Positions 1 to 10,795 of a DNA stretch of 32,531 nt are shown piece after piece. The stretch spans positions 1 to 32,531 of the forward strand of contig JYFJ02004382.1 in assembly GCA_000934665.2 (NCBI GenBank). Direction: 5' to 3'. The notes below the pieces were generated by a model that worked only from the letters and a program-made list of their open reading frames with translations, did no database searches and was not told the origin of the DNA. Made by a program: the position numbers and the translations under genes. Position 1 is the stretch's first letter. The number at the start of each line of letters is the position of its first letter. This DNA comes from Catajapyx aquilonaris (taxonomy: Eukaryota).

Positions 1-409
1 TTTGTATCATGGTGATGATCAAAGCGTCTTTGTCCATCAAGGTATAGGTGTGCAATTTGGGATTATTTAATGCTTATAATAATAATATAATATAATAAAT
101 AATAATAATATGATAATAAGAATAAACGATAAAAAAATTAATTGGTTCATCAATTAGCTAAGTGGCTGGAAGGTTAAATGTTTCACATTATAATAATTCA
201 CATATAATAATATATAATATAATATGTAATATAATATAATATATAATATAATATATTTAATAAGGATAAATGATAAATATAATCCTTGAATTAATTAATT
301 TGTTCATCGATTTACTGAGTAGCTTGAATGTTTAATGGTCCACAGATTGGCTTATTAGCGTTAGGATGGCTGATGGACAAAGACGCTTTGATCATCATGA
401 TGATACAAA
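1..409. mobile_element. MITE/foldback-like element with ~39-bp inverted repeats and AT-rich internal direct repeats; may extend left of the window
   Basis: 1-39 TTTGTATCATGGTGATGATCAAAGCGTCTTTGTCCATCA is the reverse complement of 371-409 with 2 mismatches; the interior holds two diverged copies of (TAA)n...AATTAATTkGTTCATC. Confidence 0.65.
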
Positions 410-569
410 TCTAATTATTGTGCAAAATGCGGAAGTAAGATCTCTGGGTTACATTTATCCATAAGGTTGAAGATCTTACGCAGCCCAGTCTTGTTTCAGT
501 CATTTCTATCCGTTACTTGGATCTTACTTTCCTTTTTTTTTACAATTCCGTAGGGAATTAGTTTTTGTG

Positions 570-797
570 ATATACTACATTCAATTCGCGCGTGTTATTG
601 CCGTGTATTGCCATGGCAGCCCAAACCATCAAAGATGGCGGACCCCGCGGACCTTGACGGCCTGCCTGTACCCTATTTACACCTCGTTGACATACCACAC
701 ACGTCAAGATGGCCGCCGGCTTTGGCAACGCCCTATAAACTGAGAGACGCGAACAACAATGGCTCCGACAGAAGTTTGCGCCTCTTATGTAGTATAT
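570..797. mobile_element. putative short MITE, GC-rich, with two AAGATGGC motifs
   Basis: 11-bp inverted termini ATATACTACAT (570-580) / ATGTAGTATAT (787-797) bound a CpG-rich island in AT-rich DNA. Confidence 0.35.
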
Positions 798-807
798 GCT
801 CCCTGGC

Positions 808-1191
808 CCTGTGATTCAAAATTCTCTATTTTTTCTCGTTCAATCCAATGCTGTAGAAGATGTGCGACCAGTAGTTCCAGTTCTCCGAATAAGCCATTCC
901 TTTTGGAAGGATATTGTCAGATACACAATGGCTGCGTAGTCGTGGGAAATGAAAGCGACGTTCTGGCCATACACATCCAAGTTGTTCAATGAAACCTTCA
1001 ACTACATGCTGTTCCCAAAACAGACCTTGTCCTTAGTGACTACATACTGGCCACACTCATCCCAATTTGATACAGTTTCTATTCTGTTAAACATAAGTTT
1101 GAAAGGGTCATTCTCATCCAGATCAATACTACACTGTAATACGTCGTAAGCGTCCTTTGGCATTTTTATATGGAAATGAGAAAGTAGCAAC
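808..1191 (-). pseudogene. ionotropic receptor gene fragment (S2 ligand-binding lobe only)
   Basis: Translates LLLSHFHIKMPKDAYDVLQCSIDLDENDPFKLMFNRIETV...CFGNSM*, aligning to copy B at ~5095-5485; TGG>TAG nonsense change; truncated at both ends. Confidence 0.9.
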
Positions 1192-1194
1192 TTC

Positions 1195-1479
1195 GCCAAG
1201 ATGAAAGAGTCGCGCACCTCCAGTTGTATTTATAAGTAATGCGATAGCAACACCAACATGTGTGAAGTTAAGCCAAAGGTGGTATCGAGCAATGGAGGAA
1301 GCCGGATGCAAGGTGAAATATGCCAGATTCTATATCCAGAGGCACATTGTGGTGCAGGGCTGATTCTATAGTAGACCTTCATTTCTCATTCTCCAAAGTA
1401 GAACAACAGTGCAACTTCATTCTAGAGTGAATTTTCCAACATTACTTTAGAGGGTACCATCGCGCATCCTACTACAAAA
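1195..1479 (+). promoter_or_regulatory. conserved upstream/5'UTR block co-duplicated with each IR copy (also ~7176-7590 minus, ~12668-12870 minus, ~16300-16810 plus)
   Basis: Shared motifs CCAAGATGAAA, GTGGTATCGAGC, TAGACC..CATTTCTCA.TCTCCAAAGT.G and CAGTGCAACTTCATTCTARA precede the start codons; promoter function is inferred from position only. Confidence 0.55.
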
Positions 1480-3354
1480 ATGCAGATCAATATCACTTGC
1501 TGCATATTTGCCGGGTTAATTGCACTGGTGTCATGTCGCATACACATTCATACGAAAGACTGTGAGGAAGGAACTGAACAAGCGATGTTCATGTGGAACC
1601 TTCTGAAGAAGGATGAACTAGTGGAGTGTCCTCTGGTTGTGCATCATGATGTTGCAGGATCGATGCCAGGACATGTCACGACTCTGTTGACAAACATGTC
1701 TCTTCTTGGACGACCTGTGCTGGTCTCCAAGTCGAGCTCGGCCAGCAGCACTTGGACCTGCGATCCTGTGGAATCACCTTCACAAACCGGTTTAGAACTG
1801 GACCCAAAGGAGAAGATGGCCAAGTGTGCAGTGCATCTGGTCGTGGCATGTTCGTCCAATTATGAAGATTTTGTGGAGGAGATCATGGACGAACAAGAGG
1901 CCATCATGGTGGTGAAAAGTACGACGGACAAATTTGTGTTGTGGATGAGGGAGGACATGGACATCAACGTTCTTCTGGAGAAGCCACTGTCGAAAATCAA
2001 ATACAAGGTGATGATCAATTCGGCTCAAAACAAATCATTGCTGGCCCATGCCGTGTGCTACTTCTGCAACGAAGGGAACCCAACTATAGAGTCCATCATG
2101 GTACCGTACGATGAACCTGTTGAAGGACAAATATTTATAGACGCTGCCAATAACTTGCACGGGAAATTTCTGAGATCCATATCCTCAGTTGAGCAGAGTC
2201 ACTTGGAGTGCAACGCTGAACATTCAGTTGTGTTTCTTGGGCACTGCACTAAACTTCACTTGGAACATATCTATGGTCGATGTGAACTCATTGTACAGCA
2301 ACTTTTCTGCAATACGTGAAGTTATTGATGATATAATACAAGGGAGATTAAATTTCTTTTCAGATTCTCCAGTAATTGATCTTACATATTCAATGGGTGA
2401 CTTAATAGCCCCACATTCGAGTAGTACTAAATTGACATTCCTTGCTCGAACTCCACTCGAGAAAATGACTGTATTTATTGTCCTTTTGCCCTTCACACTC
2501 GGCACGTGGTGTTTGGTTGCTTTTTTATTGTTCATTTCATGTGTCACTTTAGTCTTGCTGTCTAATACACATTATCAACAGCTATTCCAGAGTAAGGCCC
2601 TTTACATTGGATCATTTAATTCGTTCATGCAGTACCTTGTGAAAGTAACTTTACAACAGGGCACACGATTTCCTGTACGAGACGCACTGAAGGCTTTTGC
2701 AATATTCTGGGTTTATTTTTCCATGGTCATTACCACAGCCTACCTTTCCAAACTGTACAATCTTCTGACTTTCCCCCGAGAGAGGATGTCCCGGACACTT
2801 TTGAGAAATTGCTACTTTCTCATTTCCAGATAAAAATGGAAAAGCTATTTTACGACGTATTGAAGAATTGTATTGATCTGGAAGAGAATGATCCTCACAA
2901 AATTTTGTTTGACGGAATAGAAACTGTAACAAATATGGATGAGTGTGTCCAGAATGTAGTCACTGAAGACAGTGTCTGTTTTGGGAACAGCTTGTGGTTG
3001 AAAGATACCTTGAATATCATGGATGTGTATGACCAGGACTTCGCTTTCGTATCCCACGACTACGCAGCCATTGTGTATGACGCATATATCCTTCCAAAAG
3101 GAATGGTTTATTCGGAGAACTGGAACTACTGGTCTCACATCTTCTACAGAATTGGATTAAACGAGAAAAAAGAGAGACTTTTGAATCACAGGAGATTGCT
3201 GGATGCTGCCAAAGCTCGTAGAAGGGACCAAATTCCAGCATGTGACGATGGAATGGTTGTATTTTCACTACAGAAGTTACAGAGTCTTTTTTATGTCCTG
3301 TTCATTGGGTTGTGTCTTGCTATTACAGTTTTTAAAAGAGAAATTATCAAATAA
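1480..3354 (+). pseudogene. divergent ionotropic receptor (variant iGluR), copy A; intronless, two frameshifts
   Basis: Signal-peptide-like start; CYFCNEG; ALNFTW (S1); LLPFTLGTW (pre-M1/M1); TLQQG (pore loop); FWVYFSMVITTAYLSKLYNLLTFP (M3, SYTANLAAFLT-equivalent); FSLQKLQSLFYVLFIGL (M4). Relative to paralogues: 8-nt deletion at ~2213 and 1-nt deletion in the C run at ~2775. Confidence 0.9.
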
Positions 3355-3399
3355 TTGCAATTGTAGTTCACTTTTAAAATTTTATAATAATATATATTG

Positions 3400-4800
3400 T
3401 GGCACAGCCATGCATTTCACAAAGTTGGTAAAAGGGTTTGTTTATTATGTTTTGTAATGTAGTTTGAATGCAATAAAACGAAACCCAACGAAATATGACG
3501 TACGAAATTAATAATATAATTTTAAAAAATCATTAACAAAATATTGAAGGGTCTGGTACGTCCCGTGATGGCTCCAATAATAAATGACTGCAAATGTCAA
3601 TCATTGTTACGTCATTGTCGTGCTTGTTCCTGTGACATCGTCACATATTATGAACCTTTCAATCAAGAAAAACCCATGACTAAGATGTCACGTCCCTATA
3701 GGCCAGCAATGATTTGATGAATTAAATTCTTATAAAATTGTTTGGATATTCACTGCGACAGTGCCATCTGACCTTTATGCTTTATTCACGACATCGGAGT
3801 ACCGACGAATCAAGGTCAGATCTTTCAATCGTGACAAGCTCCAAGGTGTGACATTCTACTCCAGTGCGTTTCTGCTGGTTGTAAACATCCGGGCATTTCT
3901 CGGAATTTCTGTATTGACTGTGTTATGTGTATGAGACAATGCTATGGCAACGGTGGTAGTATACAATCGAATAATCGACAATTGAATATTATTATACTGA
4001 ATATGATATTTTCTGAAGTATAATTATAATATAAATTTTGGTCCAAACTTGGAATACGATCCTTTCGATATAGGAATTGTATCAGGAGAGATCTTGTCAC
4101 TGCTCACCATTGCAATGGTCATATCCATAAAATATCATATAAATATCATATCATTAAATCATTTAAATTTACAGCCATTTTGAAACACATAAAGGAGTTT
4201 AGCATTTGCTGTAAAATATTTATTTTACTCCAATTAATATTCGATAGTGTGTATAAGTCAGTCTGCAAGTACTCTATTTAATTATGTCAAAAATTACTAA
4301 TTTAGTGATCATGATGTTAATGTATGGCAGGGCACCTTAGTGTTTAGCTCCTACAAATTGTGAGTTGTTAAAGAGTGAACTTTCGCAAATATTGAGCTTG
4401 GTTAGTCAGCAAATCCTATCCCTTAACACTCGGCTGCATTGTATAATGACCGTGCTATGGGAATGAGCACGCCATCATACAATCGAATAATCGACATGTG
4501 TTATTTATTACGGTAACCGTCACGTCACGTACCGGACCCTAAATATTTTGAGAATGCGCTTTTTAAATGATATTAATTTGGTACATCGTATTATGTTGGG
4601 TTTCGTTTTATTGCATTCAAACTACATTAATACATAACATTATAAGCAGGAAGATTATGACCCTTGTACCCTTTTAAAGCTCTGTGCAATACATGACTGT
4701 GCAACCATATAAAAATTACAGTAATTTAAAAATCGAGAAGTGACTTAAAATTGCAATAATTTATACATTCCAAACGATAATTTGATCAATTCCAAGTGGG
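3400..4800. repeat. co-duplicated IR flanking sequence (homologous pieces at ~8670-8770, ~9360-10540, ~13240-13320, ~15293-15860 and inverted at ~16070-16560)
   Basis: Recurring motifs TTTCGTTTTATTGCATTCAAACTA, GGCAACGGTGGTAGTATACAATCGAATAATCGAC and CGAATCAAGGTCAGATCTTTCAATCGT. Confidence 0.75.
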
Positions 4801-4933
4801 GAGGAACTACGTTTATTACGGCGAGGGGCACTACAAAATTGAGTATTAATACGTATTTTCACATACACAAGCAGTTACAAGTGGTTCCCCGTATAATAAT
4901 ATCGCAAGTCGTATGGAAAAAGAAGTGATACAG

Positions 4934-7175
4934 CTAGTGGAAAATTATTTCTTTAAAAAAGACTGCAATCGCGAGACACAACCCAATCAACAAAATATAA
5001 AAAAGACTCTGTAACTTCCGTAGTGAAAACACCACCCTTCCTTCGTCACTTTCTGCAATTTGGTCCCTTCTTCTGGCTTTGGCAGCATCCAGCAATCTCT
5101 TGTGTTCCAGAAGTCTCTCTCTTTTCTCGTTCAATCCAATGCTGTAGAAGATGTGCGACCAGTAGTTCCAGTTCTCAGAATAAACCATTCCTTTTGGAAG
5201 GATATATGTCAGATACAAAATGGCTGCGTAGTCGTGGGAAATGAAAGCGTTGTCCTGGCCATACACATCCCAGAGATTCATTGAAAACTGCAACCACTTG
5301 CTGTCCTGAAAACATACCCTGTCTTCAGTGACTACCTTCTGGCCACACTCATCATAACTTGTAACAGTTTCTATTCTGTTAAATATAAGTTTGAAAGGGT
5401 CATTCTCATCCAGATCAATACTACTCTGTAATACGTCGTAAGAGAACTTTGACATTGTTATGTGGAAATGAGAAAGTAGCAATTTCTCGAAAGTGTCGGG
5501 GACATCCTCTCTCGGGGGGAAAGTCAGAAGATCATACAGTTTGGAAAGGTACGCTGTGGTAATGACCATGGAAAAATAAACCCAGAATATTGCAAAAGCC
5601 TTCAGTGAGTCTCGTTCAGGAAATGGTGCGTCCTGTTCTACTGTTACTGTCACGAGGTACTGCATGTACGAAATAAATGATCCAATGTAACCGGCCTTAT
5701 TCTGGAATAGCTCTTGATAATGAGAATTAGAAAGCAATACTAAAGTGACACATGAAACGAACAATGAAGAAGCAACAAAACACCACGTGCCGAGTGAGAA
5801 GGGCAAAAGGACTATAAATATAGTCATCTTCTCGAGTGGAGTTCGAACAAGGAATGTCAATTTGGTACTCGAATATGGGGCTATTACGTCACCCATTGCA
5901 TATATGAAATCAACTACTGGAAATTCTGAAAAGAAATTTAATTTCCCTTGTATAATATCATCAACAAGTGGGGAGACGGAGTGGCGCCGCGGTAACGCGC
6001 GCGCCCACGGAAGTTAAGGTCCCGGGTTCAATCCCCACCCGGGGTTCCCACCTTCTTTCGTGCAGAGTTGGGCCATCTCTGGCTTCGTTTCGGGTGGCAA
6101 TTTCCGATAGACTAAGCCACCCGGGGGAGTTCACAAAATGACGATTAGAGACATTGCACTTGCACTTCGCACATCCCCTCCCACCCACCCTTGGAGTACA
6201 CTAATTAAGATCTTCTTAAACTCGCTCCAAAAATCAAATTCCAATGGTGGTAACCCACCCCCCCTAAGGAGTAGCATAACTCCCCCCGTGGGGTAATGAA
6301 AAAAAAAAAAAAATATCATCAACAAGTTCACCCATTGCAGAAAAGTTGCTTAACAATGAAGATAAATTGACACTAGAGAAGTTCCAAGTGAAGTTTAGTG
6401 CAGTGCCCAGGAAACACAACTGAATGTTTGTGGATGTTGCATTGCACTCCAAATGACTTTCCTCAACAATGGTTATGGATTTCAGAGATTTCACGTGAAA
6501 GTTGTTGGTAGGGTCCTTAAATATCTGTCCTTCGGCATGTTCATCGTACGGTACCATTATGGACTCTACAGTTGGGTTCCCTTCGCTGCAGAAGTAGCAC
6601 ACGGAATGGGCCAGCAATGATTTGTTTTGAGCCGAATTGATCATCACCTTGTATTTGATTTTCGAAAGTGGCTTCTCCAGAAGGACGTTGATGTCCATAT
6701 CCTCCCTCATCCACAACACAAATTTGTCCGTCGTACTTTTCACCACCATGATGGCCTCTTGTTCGTCCATGATCTCCTCCACAAAATCTTCATAATTGGA
6801 CGAACATGCCACGACCAGATGCACTGCACACTTGGCCATCTTCACCTTTGGGTCCAGTTCTAAACCGGTTTGTGAAGGTGATTCCACAGGATCGCAGGTC
6901 CAAGTGCTACTGGCCGAGCTCGACTTGGAGACCAGCACAGGTCGTCCAAGAAGAGACATGTTTGTCAACAGAGTCGTGACACGTCCTGGCATCGACCCTG
7001 CAACATCATGATGGACAACCAGAGGACACTCCACTAGTTCATCCTTCTTCAGAAGGTTCCACATGAACTGCGCTTGTTGAGTTCCTTCCTCACAGTCTTT
7101 CGTATGAATGTGTATGCGACATGATACCAGTGCAAATAAAACGCCAAATATGCAGCAAGTGCTAGTGATCTGCAT
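4934..7175 (-). pseudogene. divergent ionotropic receptor, copy B; intact 627-aa ORF except for a SINE insertion
   Basis: Joining 7175..6312 (288 codons, ...GELVDDI) to 5953..4934 (IQGKLNFFSEFPVVDFIYAMGDV...IIFH*) gives an in-frame, stop-free ORF with all the IR motifs seen in copy A. Confidence 0.92.
5970..6311 (+). mobile_element. tRNA-derived SINE, full length, antisense to IR copy B
   Basis: A box TGGCGCCGCGG, B box GGTTCAATCCC, poly(A) at ~6299-6311, perfect 16-bp TSD AATATCATCAACAAGT at 5954-5969 and 6312-6327. Confidence 0.95.
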
Positions 7176-8774
7176 TTTTGTCGTCTCTTAAATCCTGATG
7201 CATGTAGTATAGGGTGCGCGAGGGTACGCTTTAAAGTCAGCAACGTTCACTTTAGAATGCAGTTGCACTGGTCCCACTTTGGAGATTGAGAAATGACGGT
7301 CTACCCCTGCTAGAAACACTGCACCTCAATGTCCCTGTGGATATATTGTATAATATTGCATTTCCATTGCTTCCTCTATCGCTCGATACCACCATTGGTT
7401 TAGCCTTCACACGTGTTTGTTTGTATTGCTAGCTCATTACATATAAATACATATGACTCTTTCATCTTGGTGAAGTTACATAATACACTGAAATATGTGC
7501 CAATAAGTGTTATGCATGTTTTCAACGCAATTGCGATAATCTTCATGTTTTTGAGAAAATCCTGTAGATCAGTTAGGAAATTACTCGTAATCATTTCCGA
7601 CTGCAATAGAAAATCCTTCCGCACGGTACGGCCTACACCCTTGGGAGTGGTTTCAAAATTTGGCCCACGTTTTCTGTATTTGCAAACCACTTTTGTTTTT
7701 TTTGGAAAACGTGCCGGGCGACTTTGTAAACTCAAAAAACCGACGACGATGACCACGAATTCCCAATTCCACCGCGTAGGGCGCTACGTCCTTGGTGACT
7801 CGTTTACTTATTCAATTTACCGTCGGATGTCGCTGCGGGAGGAGTTTCCAAGACAGTCGGGTATTAATAATATAATCATAATATTATAATAATTCATACC
7901 CCGTTTTCACCAAACACTCACCCCCCCCCCCCAATTAATTTTAGCAACAGTTTCCTGAAAGAAAATCCTATAACTGAGGAATGAAAACCTGTTTAAATAG
8001 GGGCAACAACAGAAGGGCCGATAAGCCCGCCGCAGGCGAAATGGGGGGGTTCAAGGTCACAAAGTTTAGGTGAATGTAGCTGACAAAGTACAGTGGAATA
8101 GACACTGTACGCACATCGGATACACGCAAGGAGAAAATTCGGTCCCTTCATATTTCCAGCAGCGAAATAAATATTCGTATCTTACTGAATACAAATATCT
8201 TACCGAATAATGATAACATTTTATAATAGAACTCATGGTATTTTGTTATTTAAAAAAATAACGATTAAATTTTTAATATTGCTTCTTCGAGAAAATATAT
8301 AATTGAAGTGTGCATAAATTGTAGCAGAATGAGGAAAGTTTTCACCTGACAAAAGTTTGTATCTGACTTATACACAATAGATACCGGGTTTTGACACTAT
8401 TTAGTTTTATAAGCTGTCTCTCCATGTGAAATAAAAAAATTAAATTAAAAATTAAATATGGTGATTTTGAGAAAATAATTTTTATGTGTCTCAAGTTGCC
8501 AAATTTTCACCTCGCAAATCTCAACTACACACTTAGCTAACCACTAAAAATATAATTAGCACAATGGTAACCTTTATCACAACCCTGTATTAAATTACGA
8601 TATAATTATGCTCATAAGCAAAATTGGATTATTTTTTAAAGGTGACTGTAGCATTAAATAAGGTAAATGTATGAATGATCGAGATTTGCGTCATTTATTA
8701 CTGTAACCATCACGTGACTTACTGGACCCTTAACATTTTGAAAATGGTTTTTTAAATAATATTAATATATGCTT

Positions 8775-8804
8775 AATGGCTGCGTAGTCGTGGGGCATGA
8801 AAGC
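8775..8804 (-). pseudogene. 30-bp IR coding remnant (HDYAAI region)
   Basis: AATGGCTGCGTAGTCGTGGGGCATGAAAGC matches copy C 11081-11110 at 28/30; it adjoins IR 3'-flank homology at ~8670-8770. Confidence 0.7.
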
Positions 8805-9853
8805 TATAACATGATATCCCTTTGACTACCCTCTTTGATCATGTCACGTACAGAGGTATTTGTTATCTTTCTCTTTTTTTGGTTCAGGGTTTTTCTCACG
8901 GCTATTGGTGTGAGCTCAAAAGAGTTGGGCTGGTGACACCACCATGTCGACACGTGTGTGTGTGTGTCGATGTTGCGTTGTCTCTTAAGTTCCAACGGGA
9001 TTCCTCATTTACTTGAGACGTAACGAGGTTCTAAGATTGGTTGAACTTCTCCATTATTTTGACACCACGCTTCGGATTGTGTTCGTCAAAGTTGGAGACA
9101 AGGATTTGGTCGGATTTGGTGATGAGTATCTCTGATTTAGTTATTCAACAGTGTATTGTTACATTTGGGTTGAGTGTTTCTGATTGGTTATTCAATAGTG
9201 TATGTTACATTTGATTGAGTTACTGCTAGGGGTTAATTACCTCATTTTAATATTGGAGTGTACTGCCAAATGCTTTGGGTGGATTCGATGTGAGATTATT
9301 GAAGTATTATATCGTCAAATGATTTGGTAATTGCCATAGTTAATTACTTGAATCTGAAGGTGACTTTCATCTTGGTGACGTTAAATAATTACTCATATCA
9401 TGTGCTCATGTGCAAATATGTGCAATGAATGTTTTCAACCAAATTGCAATAATCGTCATGTTGTTCAGAAAATCCTGTAGATCAGTTAAGAAATTATCCA
9501 TAAAAATATTTTTTCGAACAATCTTTGATTTGCTAAAATCTCGGCTAAACAGTCACGTGTAATGAAATTGGCATAACCTTTTACAAAATTGGGCAAACTC
9601 TCAAGCGAAGCAATTTTCATTAGATTCATATGAAAATTGATAGGTCATACATTGCCCGTGCCATCTGACATAATTATATGTTTTATTTTTCATGTCGTAG
9701 TGCGATCGAATCAAGATTAGATGGCCAATAATTACGACAAGCTCCGAGGTGTGATATTTTGCTCCAGTGGATTTCTGTTCGTAGTTATCATTATGGGCAT
9801 TTCTCGGAATTTCTGGATTGATCATGTTATGTGAATGAGACGATCCAACGGTA

Positions 9854-10193
9854 CAGTGCTGGACATATTAGTCGTCGCTGAATGTTTTTTTTTTTTTTCG
9901 GCGGCGGCGGCGTTACCTGGCAACCCTGTCCGGCTGGCCAATTCAAACATCAGCCCATGGAGAGCGCTTCCATTGTTGCCGCTGTTTACAAATCGAGTGA
10001 GTGAGTGCGCAGGCAGAAGAGACCCGTCGCTGGGTCGTCCGCGTCACTCACTGAATTTGTAAAAAGTGGCAACAATGGAAGCGCTCTCCATGGGCTGATG
10101 TATGAATTGGTCCGCCGGACAGGGTTGCCAGGTAACGCAGCGCCGTCGCCGACGGAAAAAAACATTCAGCGGCGGCTAATATGTCCAACACTG
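9854..10193. mobile_element. Tc1/mariner-type MITE, nearly fully palindromic (~150-bp TIRs)
   Basis: CAGTGCTGGACATATTAG...CTAATATGTCCAACACTG with TA on both sides; paralogous empty sites CAACGGTGGTAGTATACAATC at ~3950 and ~15435. Confidence 0.9.
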
Positions 10194-10553
10194 TAGTAGT
10201 ATACAATCGAATACCGGTAATCGATAAAGACGATTTTGCATCTGACTCAAATGCAACTTGCACTTGAATCAAATGCCAATCGTCTCTACCTTTTTGAGCG
10301 ATATAGTACATCGTATTATGATGGCTTTCGTTTTATTGCATTCAAACTAAATTAATATACAAATCACTATAAACACGGGGATGGTAGCTCTGGTACCATT
10401 TTACCAGCTTTGTGCAATGACTGTGCAAACATATGATTAATATTAATATAAAATAATTCAAAAGTGACTTAATATTGCAAGAATGTAGACCTCTCAAACA
10501 ACAATTTGATCAATTCCAATTGGCGAGGGAAATCCGTTTGTTACGGTGGGATG

Positions 10554-10707
10554 TAGTACTATGGATCTCAAATGCTTTTGGCCACTTTATCCTGGTCTTC
10601 AAGCAACCCTTCACCCACACACCCAGTTCCTCACCGTGGGGCCTGTGCGATGGGTTGCTACAAGATTACGATAAAGTTGCCAAAAGAATTTGGGGTCTAT
10701 AATACTA
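10554..10707. mobile_element. ~150-bp hairpin MITE; second family member at 26667-26806
   Basis: Imperfect TIRs (..GGCCACTTTATC / GATAAAGTTGCC..); core GCAACCCTTC...GGGGCCTGTGCGA.GGGTT shared with the 26.7-kb copy; absent from the paralogous flank at ~4825. Confidence 0.8.
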
Positions 10708-10795
10708 CGACAAAATTGATTTTCACATACACGGATGTTTAAGCTGCTCCAAGTGTAGGGATATCGTGAATAGCGTGGGAAAAGCAGTGATACAG

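Noticed and set aside
2213..2780. Compensating frameshifts in copy A (-8 and -1, net -9) restoring the frame
   Set aside because: The shifted frame stops at 2317-2319, so no full-length product is possible without recoding
5954..6327. SINE acting as a precisely spliced intron (introner-like)
   Set aside because: On the gene strand the TSD offers a GT but no matching AG for exact in-frame removal
7400..7889. 158-aa and 118-aa overlapping ORFs
   Set aside because: They span the junction between IR upstream flank and an unrelated insertion; no recognisable motifs
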